Shown here: in pieces, positions 37,345 through 47,225 of the stretch
Numbering within the stretch: the stretch's first letter is position 1
Layout: the number at the start of each line of letters is the position of its first letter
NCBI GenBank assembly: GCA_030123805.1
Contig: JASJXV010000002.1
Coordinates: 682 to 64,681 of the forward strand
Source of the DNA: Gammaproteobacteria bacterium
GTDB taxonomy: Bacteria; Pseudomonadota; Gammaproteobacteria; Pseudomonadales; Azotimanducaceae
Length of the DNA: 64,000 nt
Direction of reading: 5' to 3'
Program-made: the position numbers and the translations under genes
Notes under the pieces: model-generated
Told to the model about the DNA's origin: nothing
Database searches by the model: none
Seen by the model: the letters and a program-made list of their open reading frames with translations, nothing else

Positions 37345-38697
37345 TCAGGGCAGGACGCGATCCAGAGTCTCAACCAGAAAGTCTGCATTCTCACGTGAAA
37401 ACACCAGTGGTGGCCGTACTTTCAGGACATTCCCCAGCCGCCCACTCAGTCCAATCAGTATACCCTCCTCCCTCATGCGATCAGGGAGATCGCGGGCAAT
37501 CTCATTAGCCGGTTCTTTTGTGTCTCGATCTGTCACAAGTTCAATGCCCAGAAACAATCCCTTGCCGCGAACATTACCAATGATTGCATGGCGTTCCGCC
37601 AGCTTCTCCAGTTGCTGACGCAGATAGGTACCGACTTTATGGACGTGGTCAGTAATGGCTTCGTCCCTGATGACCTCCAGCACGGCCTTGCCAACAGCAG
37701 CTGACACAGGATTGCCGCCAAACGTATTAAAGTAAAATGAGGATTTGGCAAATGAATCGGCGATCTCGGGACTGGTCACAACGGCAGCTACCGGGTGTCC
37801 ATCGCCCATGGGTTTACCCAGTGTTACGATGTCAGGGACAACATTATAATGCTCAAAACCCCAGTTTCTTCCGGTTCTGCTCAAACCTGCCTGCACTTCG
37901 TCTGCAATGCAGAGACCACCTGCGGCTCTTACTTTTGCATAGACCTTTTCGAAGTAGTCAGGTGGAGCTTCCAGAGTACCCTGGGTGTCGAAGATGGTGT
38001 CGCACATAAATGCAGCGACTCCCTGGTCTCTGTTATCAAGCACCTCAATAGCCTCGTTTACAAGTGTTGCGTATTTTTCAGCGAGGTTGTTTTCACCGGC
38101 AAGATACGGTCCCCTGTAAATATTGGGTGGTTCTACGGCGGCCACATGATCGGGTCTGTTGTGTCGGGAATAGGCTATTGTTGAAAGTTCGTTGATCAGC
38201 GTGGAATTCCCGTGATAGCTGTTTTCCATCACAATGGCGCCATTTTTCCCGGTTACCGTTCGAGCGATTCGCATGGCAAGTTCATTGGCTTCAGTGCCGG
38301 TGCAGACAAACATGCAAATCTCCAGATTGCCGGGCATGGTATCGGCAAGCATTTCAGCATATTGAATGACATTATCATGCAGATAGCGGGTGTGCGTATT
38401 CAGTTCATGTGCCTGGTCACAGAGGGCTTTGACCACGTGGGGATGGCAGTGTCCGACGGAAGCAACGTTGTTATAGCAATCCAGATATTCGCGGTCCTCG
38501 GCATCGTACAGAAAAACACCGCGACCGCGCACCAGGTGGACCGGGTTGTGATAGAAAAGAATAGATGCACCCAGGTATCTCTGACGATTCTGGATAAGTT
38601 CGAGATTAGTGGTCTCAGACGAGTATTCCGATTGACCAGTGTGGGTTGCATCCAGTAGAGATGGTCGCCCGGGTTGTTTAGTTCGAGAACCGGTCAT
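37345..38697 (-). CDS. Class-III (omega) aminotransferase
   Basis: [20 protein letters not shown] and [11 protein letters not shown] (PLP lysine) are present. HPHVVKA and SGTEANE are typical. Confidence 0.85.
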   Translation of the reverse strand: MTGSRTKQPGRPSLLDATHTGQSEYSSETTNLELIQNRQRYLGASILFYHNPVHLVRGRGVFLYDAEDREYLDCYNNVASVGHCHPHVVKALCDQAHELNTHTRYLHDNVIQYAEMLADTMPGNLEICMFVCTGTEANELAMRIARTVTGKNGAIVMENSYHGNSTLINELSTIAYSRHNRPDHVAAVEPPNIYRGPYLAGENNLAEKYATLVNEAIEVLDNRDQGVAAFMCDTIFDTQGTLEAPPDYFEKVYAKVRAAGGLCIADEVQAGLSRTGRNWGFEHYNVVPDIVTLGKPMGDGHPVAAVVTSPEIADSFAKSSFYFNTFGGNPVSAAVGKAVLEVIRDEAITDHVHKVGTYLRQQLEKLAERHAIIGNVRGKGLFLGIELVTDRDTKEPANEIARDLPDRMREEGILIGLSGRLGNVLKVRPPLVFSRENADFLVETLDRVLP

Positions 38698-38709
38698 GAT
38701 GTCATTTCC

Positions 38710-39921
38710 CTATTGCCCGGGTGGATATTCGTTTCCGAGAATACCCTGTTCTTGGAATTCGTGAATTTCTTCTGCCGTCAAACCCAGGTCAGTGGCGATT
38801 ACCTCAGCCGTGTGCTCTCCCAACTGGGGTGCAGCGGTAATCTCCGTTTCGCTCTCTGACATTCGCGCTGGCCATCCAAGCAAACGAATCTTGCCGTGTT
38901 TCGGATGGTTGATTTCATGGATAAATCCGCGTTCCTGCAGATGGGGATCTTCGAACAGGTCTTTGGTATCAAAGACTTTACTCGCCGGAACACCGGCTTT
39001 TGCTATCAGTTGCATAGCCTCATCCTTGGTATGTTGAAGAGTCCAGGATCGAATCTCTTCGCTTAAAGCACCTAAATTTTTCCGTCTATCCGACATCTCT
39101 TTAAATCGAGGCTCCTCTAACAGATCAGGTTTGCCGATAACATCACACAGGCTTAGCCACATTCTGGGATTGATCGCCATGATAAACACATAGTCGTTAT
39201 GTCCTCCCGGCTTGCACGGATACAGATTCACAAACGGGTTGTTACCGTTGCCGTTTCTGGGTGTTGCATTAGCACCCCAATCACTGTATGAAACTGCGGT
39301 TCGCAGATAGTAGGTCATGGCTTCCTGCATGGAGAGTTCAATCAATTGGCCTTTTCCAGTACGGAGCTTTTGTGCATAGGCAGCGGTTATAGCCAACGCC
39401 ATTTGCACGCCTGTACCGGCATCACCTGTCGTAGGACCGGGACGCATAGGTGGGCCATCAGGTTCCCCGGTGATAGAGAAAGCACCGGCAGCCGCCTGTG
39501 CAACCATGTCCATACACTTGTAGTTTGCATAAGGCCCACTGGTACCAAACCCCTTGATTCTTGCATAAATGATCTGCGGATGAATTGCTTGCATGACAGC
39601 GTAACCAAGATTCAGTTTTTCGATGACGCCAGGACCATAATTCTCAATAAAAACATCGTAGTTAGGAAGCATTTTTAGCAGAATCTCTCTGCCCGCAGGT
39701 TGGCTGAGATCAATCGTGACACTGCGCTTGTTACTGTTCCAGTTAATGAAATAGGGGGAATCCTTTCCGGATTTGATGCCCATATAACGACCCGGATCCC
39801 CGACGTCAGGCTGTTCCACTTTGACTACATCTGCGCCGAGGAACGCCAGAGATTGGCTCGCTGCGGTACCCGCTTCCCACTGGGTCATATCAAGTATTTT
39901 CAATCCGTCCAGAGCTGGCAT
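38710..39921 (-). CDS. Family III CoA-transferase (CaiB/BaiF type)
   Basis: LDGLKILDMTQWEAGTAASQSLAFLGADVVKVEQP is the characteristic N-terminus of this family. Confidence 0.85.
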   Translation of the reverse strand: MPALDGLKILDMTQWEAGTAASQSLAFLGADVVKVEQPDVGDPGRYMGIKSGKDSPYFINWNSNKRSVTIDLSQPAGREILLKMLPNYDVFIENYGPGVIEKLNLGYAVMQAIHPQIIYARIKGFGTSGPYANYKCMDMVAQAAAGAFSITGEPDGPPMRPGPTTGDAGTGVQMALAITAAYAQKLRTGKGQLIELSMQEAMTYYLRTAVSYSDWGANATPRNGNGNNPFVNLYPCKPGGHNDYVFIMAINPRMWLSLCDVIGKPDLLEEPRFKEMSDRRKNLGALSEEIRSWTLQHTKDEAMQLIAKAGVPASKVFDTKDLFEDPHLQERGFIHEINHPKHGKIRLLGWPARMSESETEITAAPQLGEHTAEVIATDLGLTAEEIHEFQEQGILGNEYPPGQ

Positions 39922-40246
39922 ATTCTTCTCCTGTTATTCTCATGCCTAAAGTTACGGTGGAATTCTCGATATATCAAGCCGGGCAATAAAATCACTGCGA
40001 AGCTGCGCAACCTGATTCCAGACAAGAACTAATTATTTAGATGCATCTGTCAACAGATGCGGCTAGTTCGACGTCCGTTCCGGACCTGGAAAAAGTACCG
40101 TTCGTCGGCCCCAGGGAAGGCATTAGTGAGCTACTTCACATTTTAAGGATTTATTAAGTGAACCAGATCACAAAGCGATTAAAAATCCGAAAACGACTTG
40201 ATTTTCCTGCCAGACTGACGCTAAAACGATAGAGAGTACATGGATA

Positions 40247-40567
40247 ATGGTCACTACAACTTTTGGCAAGGGATTACTCTTGTTCTTTATGATGGTAATC
40301 AGCCTGGCCGTTAATCTGGATGACAATCTGATCACCAGATTGGGGCTGGATATGAACTATGGTTTGATTGCATTTGTCGCATTAGTCACAGCCTTTTTGG
40401 CAGCAGGACGGAATCTGAAAGTCATCTTTATGATCGGAATACTCAGTTTGATTGTCAATATGCCCGTCGGTTTTATCCTCAACTTTGGCATTGATCGGGA
40501 AGTCTATTTTGGCCTAATGGCATCCATTGTATCAGCGCCATTCGTAGCCTGGTTGTTTGATGCGTGA
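40247..40567 (+). CDS. Small membrane protein (106 aa, about 3 TM)
   Basis: The ORF has three hydrophobic stretches. I recognise no family. Confidence 0.4.
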   Translation: MVTTTFGKGLLLFFMMVISLAVNLDDNLITRLGLDMNYGLIAFVALVTAFLAAGRNLKVIFMIGILSLIVNMPVGFILNFGIDREVYFGLMASIVSAPFVAWLFDA

Positions 40568-40685
40568 TGAACTGGTTCCGGTCCGCTTCTGATCTTCCTC
40601 CAATACGATAGGCACTGATTAAACTTATCGTGATATAGTGCATCCGATGCGTCGACATCATCGTGCCAGGCCGAGTGGAATATCA

Positions 40686-41038
40686 ATGACCACCTCCGCA
40701 CGCGTTATCGTATTACCGCAAGTGAATGGACCGCTGCAGATAGTAGATTTGGAGATTCCGGACCATTTCAAGTGGCCATCAGGCAATTTGCCAGTGGTAT
40801 CTGCCATAGTCAACTGCATCAGATGCATCAACCACGGCAACAACCAGTTATTCTTGGGCATGAATCTACCGGGGTAGTGGTTCAAAGTGGCAGTGAAGTT
40901 AGCCACGTGAGCGCAGGGGATATGGTGATGGTGACCTGGGTGCGACGCGATGTAAGAAACTCGTCCAGAGTGCCCGAAGCAACAACTAACGCACTCCAGG
41001 CTGGGGAAATAGCGGGGCGATCAATTATTGTCTACTAG
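40686..41038 (+). pseudogene. Zn-dependent alcohol dehydrogenase fragment (frameshifted and 3'-truncated)
   Basis: MTTSARVIVLPQVNGPLQIVDLEIPD runs from 40686. After a frame change it continues as ASGICHSQLHQM...PVILGHESTGVVVQSGSEVSHVSAGDMVMVTW. The sequence then loses similarity and stops at 41038. Only about 115 of about 370 expected residues remain. Confidence 0.55.
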
Positions 41039-41061
41039 CTGACAACCGGAATACGCTTATC

Positions 41062-41787
41062 ATGGACATTATCAACATTCGTTACTGCTTTGATCTGGAC
41101 AGCCACAGACGTGAAGTTTTCAGGTTGCGTCTGGATGCGCATACCCTCGAGCTGATAAATGACCCGGACAATGGATTTCCGGAATGGACCAAATTGACTT
41201 TTCATCAATGCTCCCATTGTCCCCTCAATGTTGATGTTTCTCCAAGGTGTCCGGTGGCAATAAATTTGTTAAATGTGGTTGAACGATTTGAACGCGTAAA
41301 TTCATACGATCAGATTCTTCTGGAAGTAGTCACTGACGAACGTAAAGTATCCCAACGTACTACCGCGCAACAGGGTATCAGTTCCCTGCTGGGACTTCTG
41401 TTCGCATCCAGTGGTTGTCCGCATACAAATTTCATGAAACCAATGGCGCGGTTTCATCTGCCATTAGCGACTGAAGAGGAAACTATCTACAGAGCGACGG
41501 GTATGTATCTTCTGGCACAGTACTTTCTGGCGTCTGCAGGCAAGCATGCCAATCTGGAATTGGATGGGCTCAGGGAGATTTATGACAATTTGCACATACT
41601 AAATGTGAGTATTGCTGATCGTGTCAGGAGCGCAACAGATGCCGACTCATCGGCCAATGCTGTCGTGTTGTTGGATATGCTGGCACACCTTGTACCAATT
41701 GCTATCGATGATCAGTTGGAGGAAATCCGATACCTGTTCGGTTCATACCTTTCTGACTATTCGGGTGAAAAGGGAAACTCTGATTGA
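41062..41787 (+). CDS. Conserved-looking hypothetical protein with cysteine motifs
   Basis: 241-aa ORF with CSHCP, SPRCP and SSGCPH spaced over about 80 residues. I recognise no family. Confidence 0.5.
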   Translation: MDIINIRYCFDLDSHRREVFRLRLDAHTLELINDPDNGFPEWTKLTFHQCSHCPLNVDVSPRCPVAINLLNVVERFERVNSYDQILLEVVTDERKVSQRTTAQQGISSLLGLLFASSGCPHTNFMKPMARFHLPLATEEETIYRATGMYLLAQYFLASAGKHANLELDGLREIYDNLHILNVSIADRVRSATDADSSANAVVLLDMLAHLVPIAIDDQLEEIRYLFGSYLSDYSGEKGNSD

Positions 41788-42044
41788 CTCGATTTATAAA
41801 CACATATTCCCAATCCGAGGCAATTGCACTGTGCGTCTTTGCCGCCATGGAGGCATTAGAAATCGGCTCCAAATACTCATTTACTGCGTGTAAACCGGTA
41901 GGCCGACCCCGCGGAAGACCGGTGCGGCGTTGGTCGTGTTGGTCGCTCGTAACTAGCCACTACTCCTCATCTTCGTCATACCCCTCACCGGATTACTTTA
42001 TTGATATATTGTTTCGGTTCCTTGAGGTTATCCTGGGGTTGATG

Positions 42045-43424
42045 TCATTGATCATATTCTGCTGTCTGACCTGATCGTGTCAAAATATCCCTGTCAAGCT
42101 CATTTTTAAACCCTTTGTCAATGTGTCTAAGCGCAGGAAGATAAATTCCACACAGCACTGTCGCGGCTATGAGAGCCACGGCACTGCAGAACAGTCCGAC
42201 ATCAATTCCGGCATGTTCAGCGATAAAACTCACTGGAATAATACCCAGGGGCATCAATCCGTGGGTCATCATATCAATGCTCATAATTCTGCCCCGCATC
42301 TCTGGTGCAGCCTGTAATTGAATCAGGCTACGATTCATTGACATGAACATCGACTGACACAATCCAATCACCGGCACTAACAGAACTATGATGTAATAGG
42401 AACTTAACAGAGAACACACAGCAATCATCACGCCCCATAGACAGCTTGTTCCAAGTAGCCAGTAACCTTTGTGCCTCACTTCTCCCATCCGGGCCATGAG
42501 CAGGGAACCGGCAATTGCTCCGCCTCCCATGGCAGACATGATAATTCCCAGCTGCTCGGGACCGCCGAGCAGGATGTCCTGGTTAAAGGCTGGTAGCAGT
42601 TGCTGCATAGGCATGCCAAACAGGAAGGGAATAACAGAGATAACGATCAAACCGAACACCACGGGGGTCTGGAGAACGTAATTGATGCCTTCTCCAATGT
42701 CGGCAAGCACACCATTGGTCTGTTTCGGTTCCATTCTATCGGGATTGCGAATAAACAATACAGTGATTGCCGAAGTCAGATACATGAAGGAAATCAGGAA
42801 AAAAACCACACCTACACCCACAGCTGATGTGGTGTCGCCCGACGCCAGATATCCAATAATTATCCCTGCCAATGCCGGTCCCAAAATTCTTGAGAGATTC
42901 CAACTGGCTGTATTGAGAGCCATGGCATTAAAAAGCAATCGTTCTCCAACGATCTCGGGAACCATCGCTTGCCTGGCTGGCATCGAGAGAGCCAGCACGC
43001 TGCCATTAAAGAAGCCGAACCACATGAAATCCCAGAAGGTTACATTTCCAGTGATTACTATGTATGCCAGAATCACAGTTGCTGCACTATTAGCACTTTG
43101 CGCAATGACCATTATCTTCTTCTTCGGATAACGATCTGCGACTACGCCGCCTACCAGCGAGAACACCACCATTGGGATAGCAAATGCCATGGTTACCCAG
43201 GCCAGCTTCATAGGTGATTCGGTCATCGCATAGACCAGCCATCCACGGGCGATAATCTGCATGTTCATAGCAAAGCTTGAGCCGAGACTACCCACCCACA
43301 ATAAGCGGTAATCCCGATTGACCAATGAAGCAAACATACCTTTTGCAGCGACGAACTGGCTATCCGTCGCGTGATTTTCTGCCAGTGTATGGCGCCTACT
43401 ACGGCTCAAGTAAATACTCCTCAA
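42045..43424 (-). CDS. MFS transporter
   Basis: About 12 TM segments. RDYRLLWVGSLGSSF and VADRYPKKK are typical MFS motifs. The true start may be the internal Met at 43337. Confidence 0.8.
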   Translation of the reverse strand: MRSIYLSRSRRHTLAENHATDSQFVAAKGMFASLVNRDYRLLWVGSLGSSFAMNMQIIARGWLVYAMTESPMKLAWVTMAFAIPMVVFSLVGGVVADRYPKKKIMVIAQSANSAATVILAYIVITGNVTFWDFMWFGFFNGSVLALSMPARQAMVPEIVGERLLFNAMALNTASWNLSRILGPALAGIIIGYLASGDTTSAVGVGVVFFLISFMYLTSAITVLFIRNPDRMEPKQTNGVLADIGEGINYVLQTPVVFGLIVISVIPFLFGMPMQQLLPAFNQDILLGGPEQLGIIMSAMGGGAIAGSLLMARMGEVRHKGYWLLGTSCLWGVMIAVCSLLSSYYIIVLLVPVIGLCQSMFMSMNRSLIQLQAAPEMRGRIMSIDMMTHGLMPLGIIPVSFIAEHAGIDVGLFCSAVALIAATVLCGIYLPALRHIDKGFKNELDRDILTRSGQTAEYDQ

Positions 43425-43653
43425 AGGCGAGCTTTTTTTGTGTTATTCCTGTGCTTGCTCGGAACGGCGAATTTGTGTTTGCAGGACAGAGATCCAATTG
43501 ATCGACAATAGCGAATAAGCAGTGGTGGTGCAATGACGGCAAAGACGCACAATGCAAATGCCTCGTTGTGGGTTTTGCAGTCCGCAACAGGTTAGTCTAT
43601 TCTCGTGGTCGGACATCTCGGACGTGCTCCGATAAAATGCATACAGGTGCCAG

Positions 43654-44163
43654 ATGGGCTTGCCAAAGATTGAAGTAACCAGAATAGGGAAAAGTTCCGC
43701 AACTGTATTAGTCAATTTGCTTGAGCTGTATCTGCATGATATGGCCGAGTGGTTTAAATTTGATATCAACCAGGATGGGTTATATAGATATGATATGGAA
43801 CCCCATTGGGAGAAGGGAGATGCAACCTATCTGCTTCTGGTCGATGACATCCCTGCAGGATTTGCTCTGGTTGCCAGGCCTGACGAATGGCTTAAGGATC
43901 CGAACGCCCTTGAAATTGCGGAATTCTTTTTAGTTCGTAGCCATAGGCACAAGGGCATTGCAGACCAATTTGCCGCCTGGCTGTGGGACCAACAGCCGGG
44001 ATCATGGTTGATCAGGGTTCTTGAAGCAAATCTGCCTGGTGTGCCGTTCTGGAGGAGGACTATCTCACATTACACCAATGCTACGCATAAAGAAGAGCGT
44101 CGCATAGTCAATGATAAACCGTGGTATTTTTTTACATTCGATAACTCTGATCAGAACAAGTGA
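43654..44163 (+). CDS. GNAT-like acetyltransferase
   Basis: IAEFFLVRSHRHKGIADQFA fits the acetyl-CoA-binding Q/RxxGxG/A-like segment, and the size is typical. Confidence 0.55.
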   Translation: MGLPKIEVTRIGKSSATVLVNLLELYLHDMAEWFKFDINQDGLYRYDMEPHWEKGDATYLLLVDDIPAGFALVARPDEWLKDPNALEIAEFFLVRSHRHKGIADQFAAWLWDQQPGSWLIRVLEANLPGVPFWRRTISHYTNATHKEERRIVNDKPWYFFTFDNSDQNK

Positions 44164-44184
44164 AGCGAAATGGGTCAGTCCAGG

Positions 44185-46227
44185 CTAATCCAATCCCCTT
44201 GCCTCAAGCAGCGGTGCGACTTCAGGTTCCCTGCCTCGAAAGCGTTTGTAGAGCTCCATCGGGTCTGCCGTACCGCCGTTTTCCAGAATATTCTGCCGAA
44301 ATGAACGAGCCGTTTCCTGGTCGAATAGGCCCTTCTCCTTAAACGCTGCATAGCCATCCGCATCCAGCACCTCAGCCCAGATGTATGCATAGTATCCGGC
44401 AGAATAACTGTCACCGGTGAATATGTGCTGAAAGTAAGTGGATCTGTAGCGCGGAGTGACTTCGGGTATCAGGTCAATTTTCTGCATCGCGCGCTCTTCA
44501 AAGCGGGTGACATCTCGGACATCAACAGACTCGGGACTATGCCAGTCCATATCCAGAAAAGATGCAGCAAGATACTCCGTGGTGGCGAATCCCTGATTGA
44601 ATTTTTCTGCATCATGGATCTTTTTTATCAATTCATCAGGGATTGCTTCTCCCGTTTCATAGTGCCTTGCGTACTCCTTCATGACTTCCGTTTCCAGAGC
44701 CCAGTGTTCCATGATCTGAGAGGGAAGCTCTACGAAGTCCTGTTTGACGTTTGGACCGGACAAGCTTTCATAGGTGACCTGGCTTAACAGCCCGTGCAGC
44801 GCATGTCCGAACTCGTGAAAAAGAGTACGAACTTCATCAAAACCAAGCAGCGAAGGCGAATCCACGGAGCCCTTTGGGAAGTTGCACACATTAACCACAA
44901 TCGGTCTGACCTCCCCGCGGATTTTGGATTGTTCCCGAAAATTGGACATCCATGCGCCACCGCGTTTGGATGGCCGCATGAAATAGTCGACCAGGAACAA
45001 TCCTATCAAAGAGCCGTCAGCATCCTTGACTTCATATGCCTGGACATCCTCATGATAAGCTGGCAGGTCGTCGTACGGTGTAAAAGTGAGTCCATAGAGA
45101 CGATTTGCGACATGAAAGGCGCCATCGCGCACGTTTCCCAGTTCGAAGTAGGGTTTTACTTTTTCATCATCCAGATCATATCGCTCCGCACGAATTTTTT
45201 CTGTGTAATACCACCAGTCCCAGGGGGCTAATTTCGAGTTTCCGCCCTCTTCCTGAATTCGGGATTGCAGATCGTCGGCTTCCACACGAACTTTTTTACA
45301 GGCTGGCTGCCACAGCTGTCTCAATAGTTTCTGGACCGATTCAGGTGTTTTCGCCATGCGGTCGTCCAGCATGTAATGAGCATGCGATGCAAAACCCAGG
45401 AGATTGGCCCGTTTGCTGCGTAGCGAGGAAATTTTCAGCACAATGTCGTTATTGTCACGCGCGTTGCCGTTATCAGCGCAGCGGACATAGGCAGTATAGA
45501 TTTTCTCCCGAAGGTCTCTGCGTTCCGAAAACTGCAGCAAGGGGGTGATTGAAGATCTCGAAATAGTAAATACGTACTTACCTTCATGCCCTCTGTCCAT
45601 GGCTTCCCGGGAAGCTGCAGCCAGTACAGAATCGGGCAATCCAGCCAACTCTTCCGGATCATCCAGCACTAGTTCAAAGTCGTTAGTTTCCTTCAATACA
45701 TTCTGACCGAAAGTCGTTGCAAGTCTGGACAGTTCCTCATCCATTGCATTTACCTCGTCCCTGGCCTCGGCTGCCAGAGCCGCACCAGCCCGAATAAAGC
45801 GACGGTAAGTTTCTTCAAGCAGTGTATGTTGTTCATCTGTTAGTGTGAATGAGTCTCTCCTGTTGAACACAGATTCTACCCGTGAAAAGAGCTGATTGTT
45901 GGTCAGGATGCCGCTTTGGTGAGCTGCATAACGGGGCCTAATATTTAATTCGATTTCCTGAAGTTCATCAGATGTATCGGAAGATGTCAGATTAAAGAAA
46001 ACACTGGCTACTCTATTGAGAAAAGAACCCGACAGTTCCAGCGCCTCTATGGTGTTTTGAAATGAAGCCGGGCTCTGGCTAGTGGCGATCACATTTACCT
46101 CTTCCAGATGCTCGTCCATGGCTTGTTCGAATGCCGGGAGATAGTGCTCGGTTTTGATTTGATCGAATTGGGGTATACCGAAGGGAGTATCCCAGTCTTG
46201 AAGAAATGGGTTGGGTGCCTGATTCAT
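44185..46227 (-). CDS. dcp: M3-family peptidyl-dipeptidase Dcp
   Basis: 680 aa with the HEFGHALH zinc motif. Length and N-terminal pattern match E. coli Dcp. Confidence 0.85.
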   Translation of the reverse strand: MNQAPNPFLQDWDTPFGIPQFDQIKTEHYLPAFEQAMDEHLEEVNVIATSQSPASFQNTIEALELSGSFLNRVASVFFNLTSSDTSDELQEIELNIRPRYAAHQSGILTNNQLFSRVESVFNRRDSFTLTDEQHTLLEETYRRFIRAGAALAAEARDEVNAMDEELSRLATTFGQNVLKETNDFELVLDDPEELAGLPDSVLAAASREAMDRGHEGKYVFTISRSSITPLLQFSERRDLREKIYTAYVRCADNGNARDNNDIVLKISSLRSKRANLLGFASHAHYMLDDRMAKTPESVQKLLRQLWQPACKKVRVEADDLQSRIQEEGGNSKLAPWDWWYYTEKIRAERYDLDDEKVKPYFELGNVRDGAFHVANRLYGLTFTPYDDLPAYHEDVQAYEVKDADGSLIGLFLVDYFMRPSKRGGAWMSNFREQSKIRGEVRPIVVNVCNFPKGSVDSPSLLGFDEVRTLFHEFGHALHGLLSQVTYESLSGPNVKQDFVELPSQIMEHWALETEVMKEYARHYETGEAIPDELIKKIHDAEKFNQGFATTEYLAASFLDMDWHSPESVDVRDVTRFEERAMQKIDLIPEVTPRYRSTYFQHIFTGDSYSAGYYAYIWAEVLDADGYAAFKEKGLFDQETARSFRQNILENGGTADPMELYKRFRGREPEVAPLLEARGLD

Positions 46228-46397
46228 ATGCTGCCTCTGGATATAATTTCTGGTTGTACTTAAAAATGCCTAGCGCGATGCAGTCTACTTCGATTTAGAG
46301 AGCGCTACAAAAAATCTCGCGGTCAGCAGTCCTGATTTGGCAAAGGCATATTGCCAGGTCTATTTGAGATCATTACCCGGCTGAACTAAACTGAGTA

Positions 46398-47096
46398 ATG
46401 ACAGGAGCGATGCAAGTGACCAATGTATTTACAGTCCACCAGGATGAAACCACGGCCCACGTGACCTTCGATGATGGAAAATTCAATGTATTTACTTTGG
46501 CAAGTGCGATTGAACTCCTGGAAATTATCAACAGATTGGAAGCCACACCGGCATTAAAAGTCCTGTTTTTGGCAGGTAATATCAGAACCTTTTCAGCGGG
46601 GGTAGACATCCACATACTCCAGGCAGGCGGGGCGGCTGCGGATCAACTGCTGGACATCATGAGGCAGATACTGCTCGCTCTCTACGGTTCAAGGCTGCGG
46701 ATTATCTCTATCTGTACGGGTCATGCGGTTGCCGCAGGCGCCCTGCTGCTACTGGTCTCCGATTACCGAATTGGGGTTCGCGGTAATGTGAAGATTGGTT
46801 TCTCAGAGGTGACTTTTGGGATTGCTCTAACGGAACTGCCGTTACTGTTAGTAAAGGATCGGATAGCCGTGAATCAACAATACCAGGCAACCGTATTAGG
46901 CAAGATGTTCAATTCAGAGGAAGCCATGAATGCAGGTTTCCTGGATGATCTCGCAGTCGATCTGCAGCAGGCGCAGGATAAGGCCGTGATGGTAGCAAAG
47001 CAACTGGTTAATCTTGATGATGAGGCGTATTTAGCGACGCTAAAAACGGTCAGGGGCCAGACACTTGAACGGTTGCGCAGCTTCGAGCAACCCTGA
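46398..47096 (+). CDS. Crotonase-fold (enoyl-CoA hydratase/isomerase family) protein
   Basis: TFSAGVDI and CTGHAVAAGALLLLVSDYRI fit the crotonase oxyanion-hole segments. Confidence 0.7.
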   Translation: MTGAMQVTNVFTVHQDETTAHVTFDDGKFNVFTLASAIELLEIINRLEATPALKVLFLAGNIRTFSAGVDIHILQAGGAAADQLLDIMRQILLALYGSRLRIISICTGHAVAAGALLLLVSDYRIGVRGNVKIGFSEVTFGIALTELPLLLVKDRIAVNQQYQATVLGKMFNSEEAMNAGFLDDLAVDLQQAQDKAVMVAKQLVNLDDEAYLATLKTVRGQTLERLRSFEQP

Positions 47097-47225
47097 CCTG
47101 CTGCACTAACGACTATGCCTGAGACGTGCAATTAACACTCGAAGCTGAAGCTGCTCGTGTCATCATCGATGTGGCGGGGTGTGGGCGCATCGCCTCTCTT
47201 CAGCTGGGAAGCGTATTAACCCGGC

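Noticed and set aside
40043-40060. 18-bp palindrome GCATCTGT-CA-ACAGATGC about 120 bp upstream of the CoA-transferase operon, as a possible operator.
   Set aside because: It is a single short site with no adjacent regulator gene and no second copy seen. That is too little evidence for a feature call.
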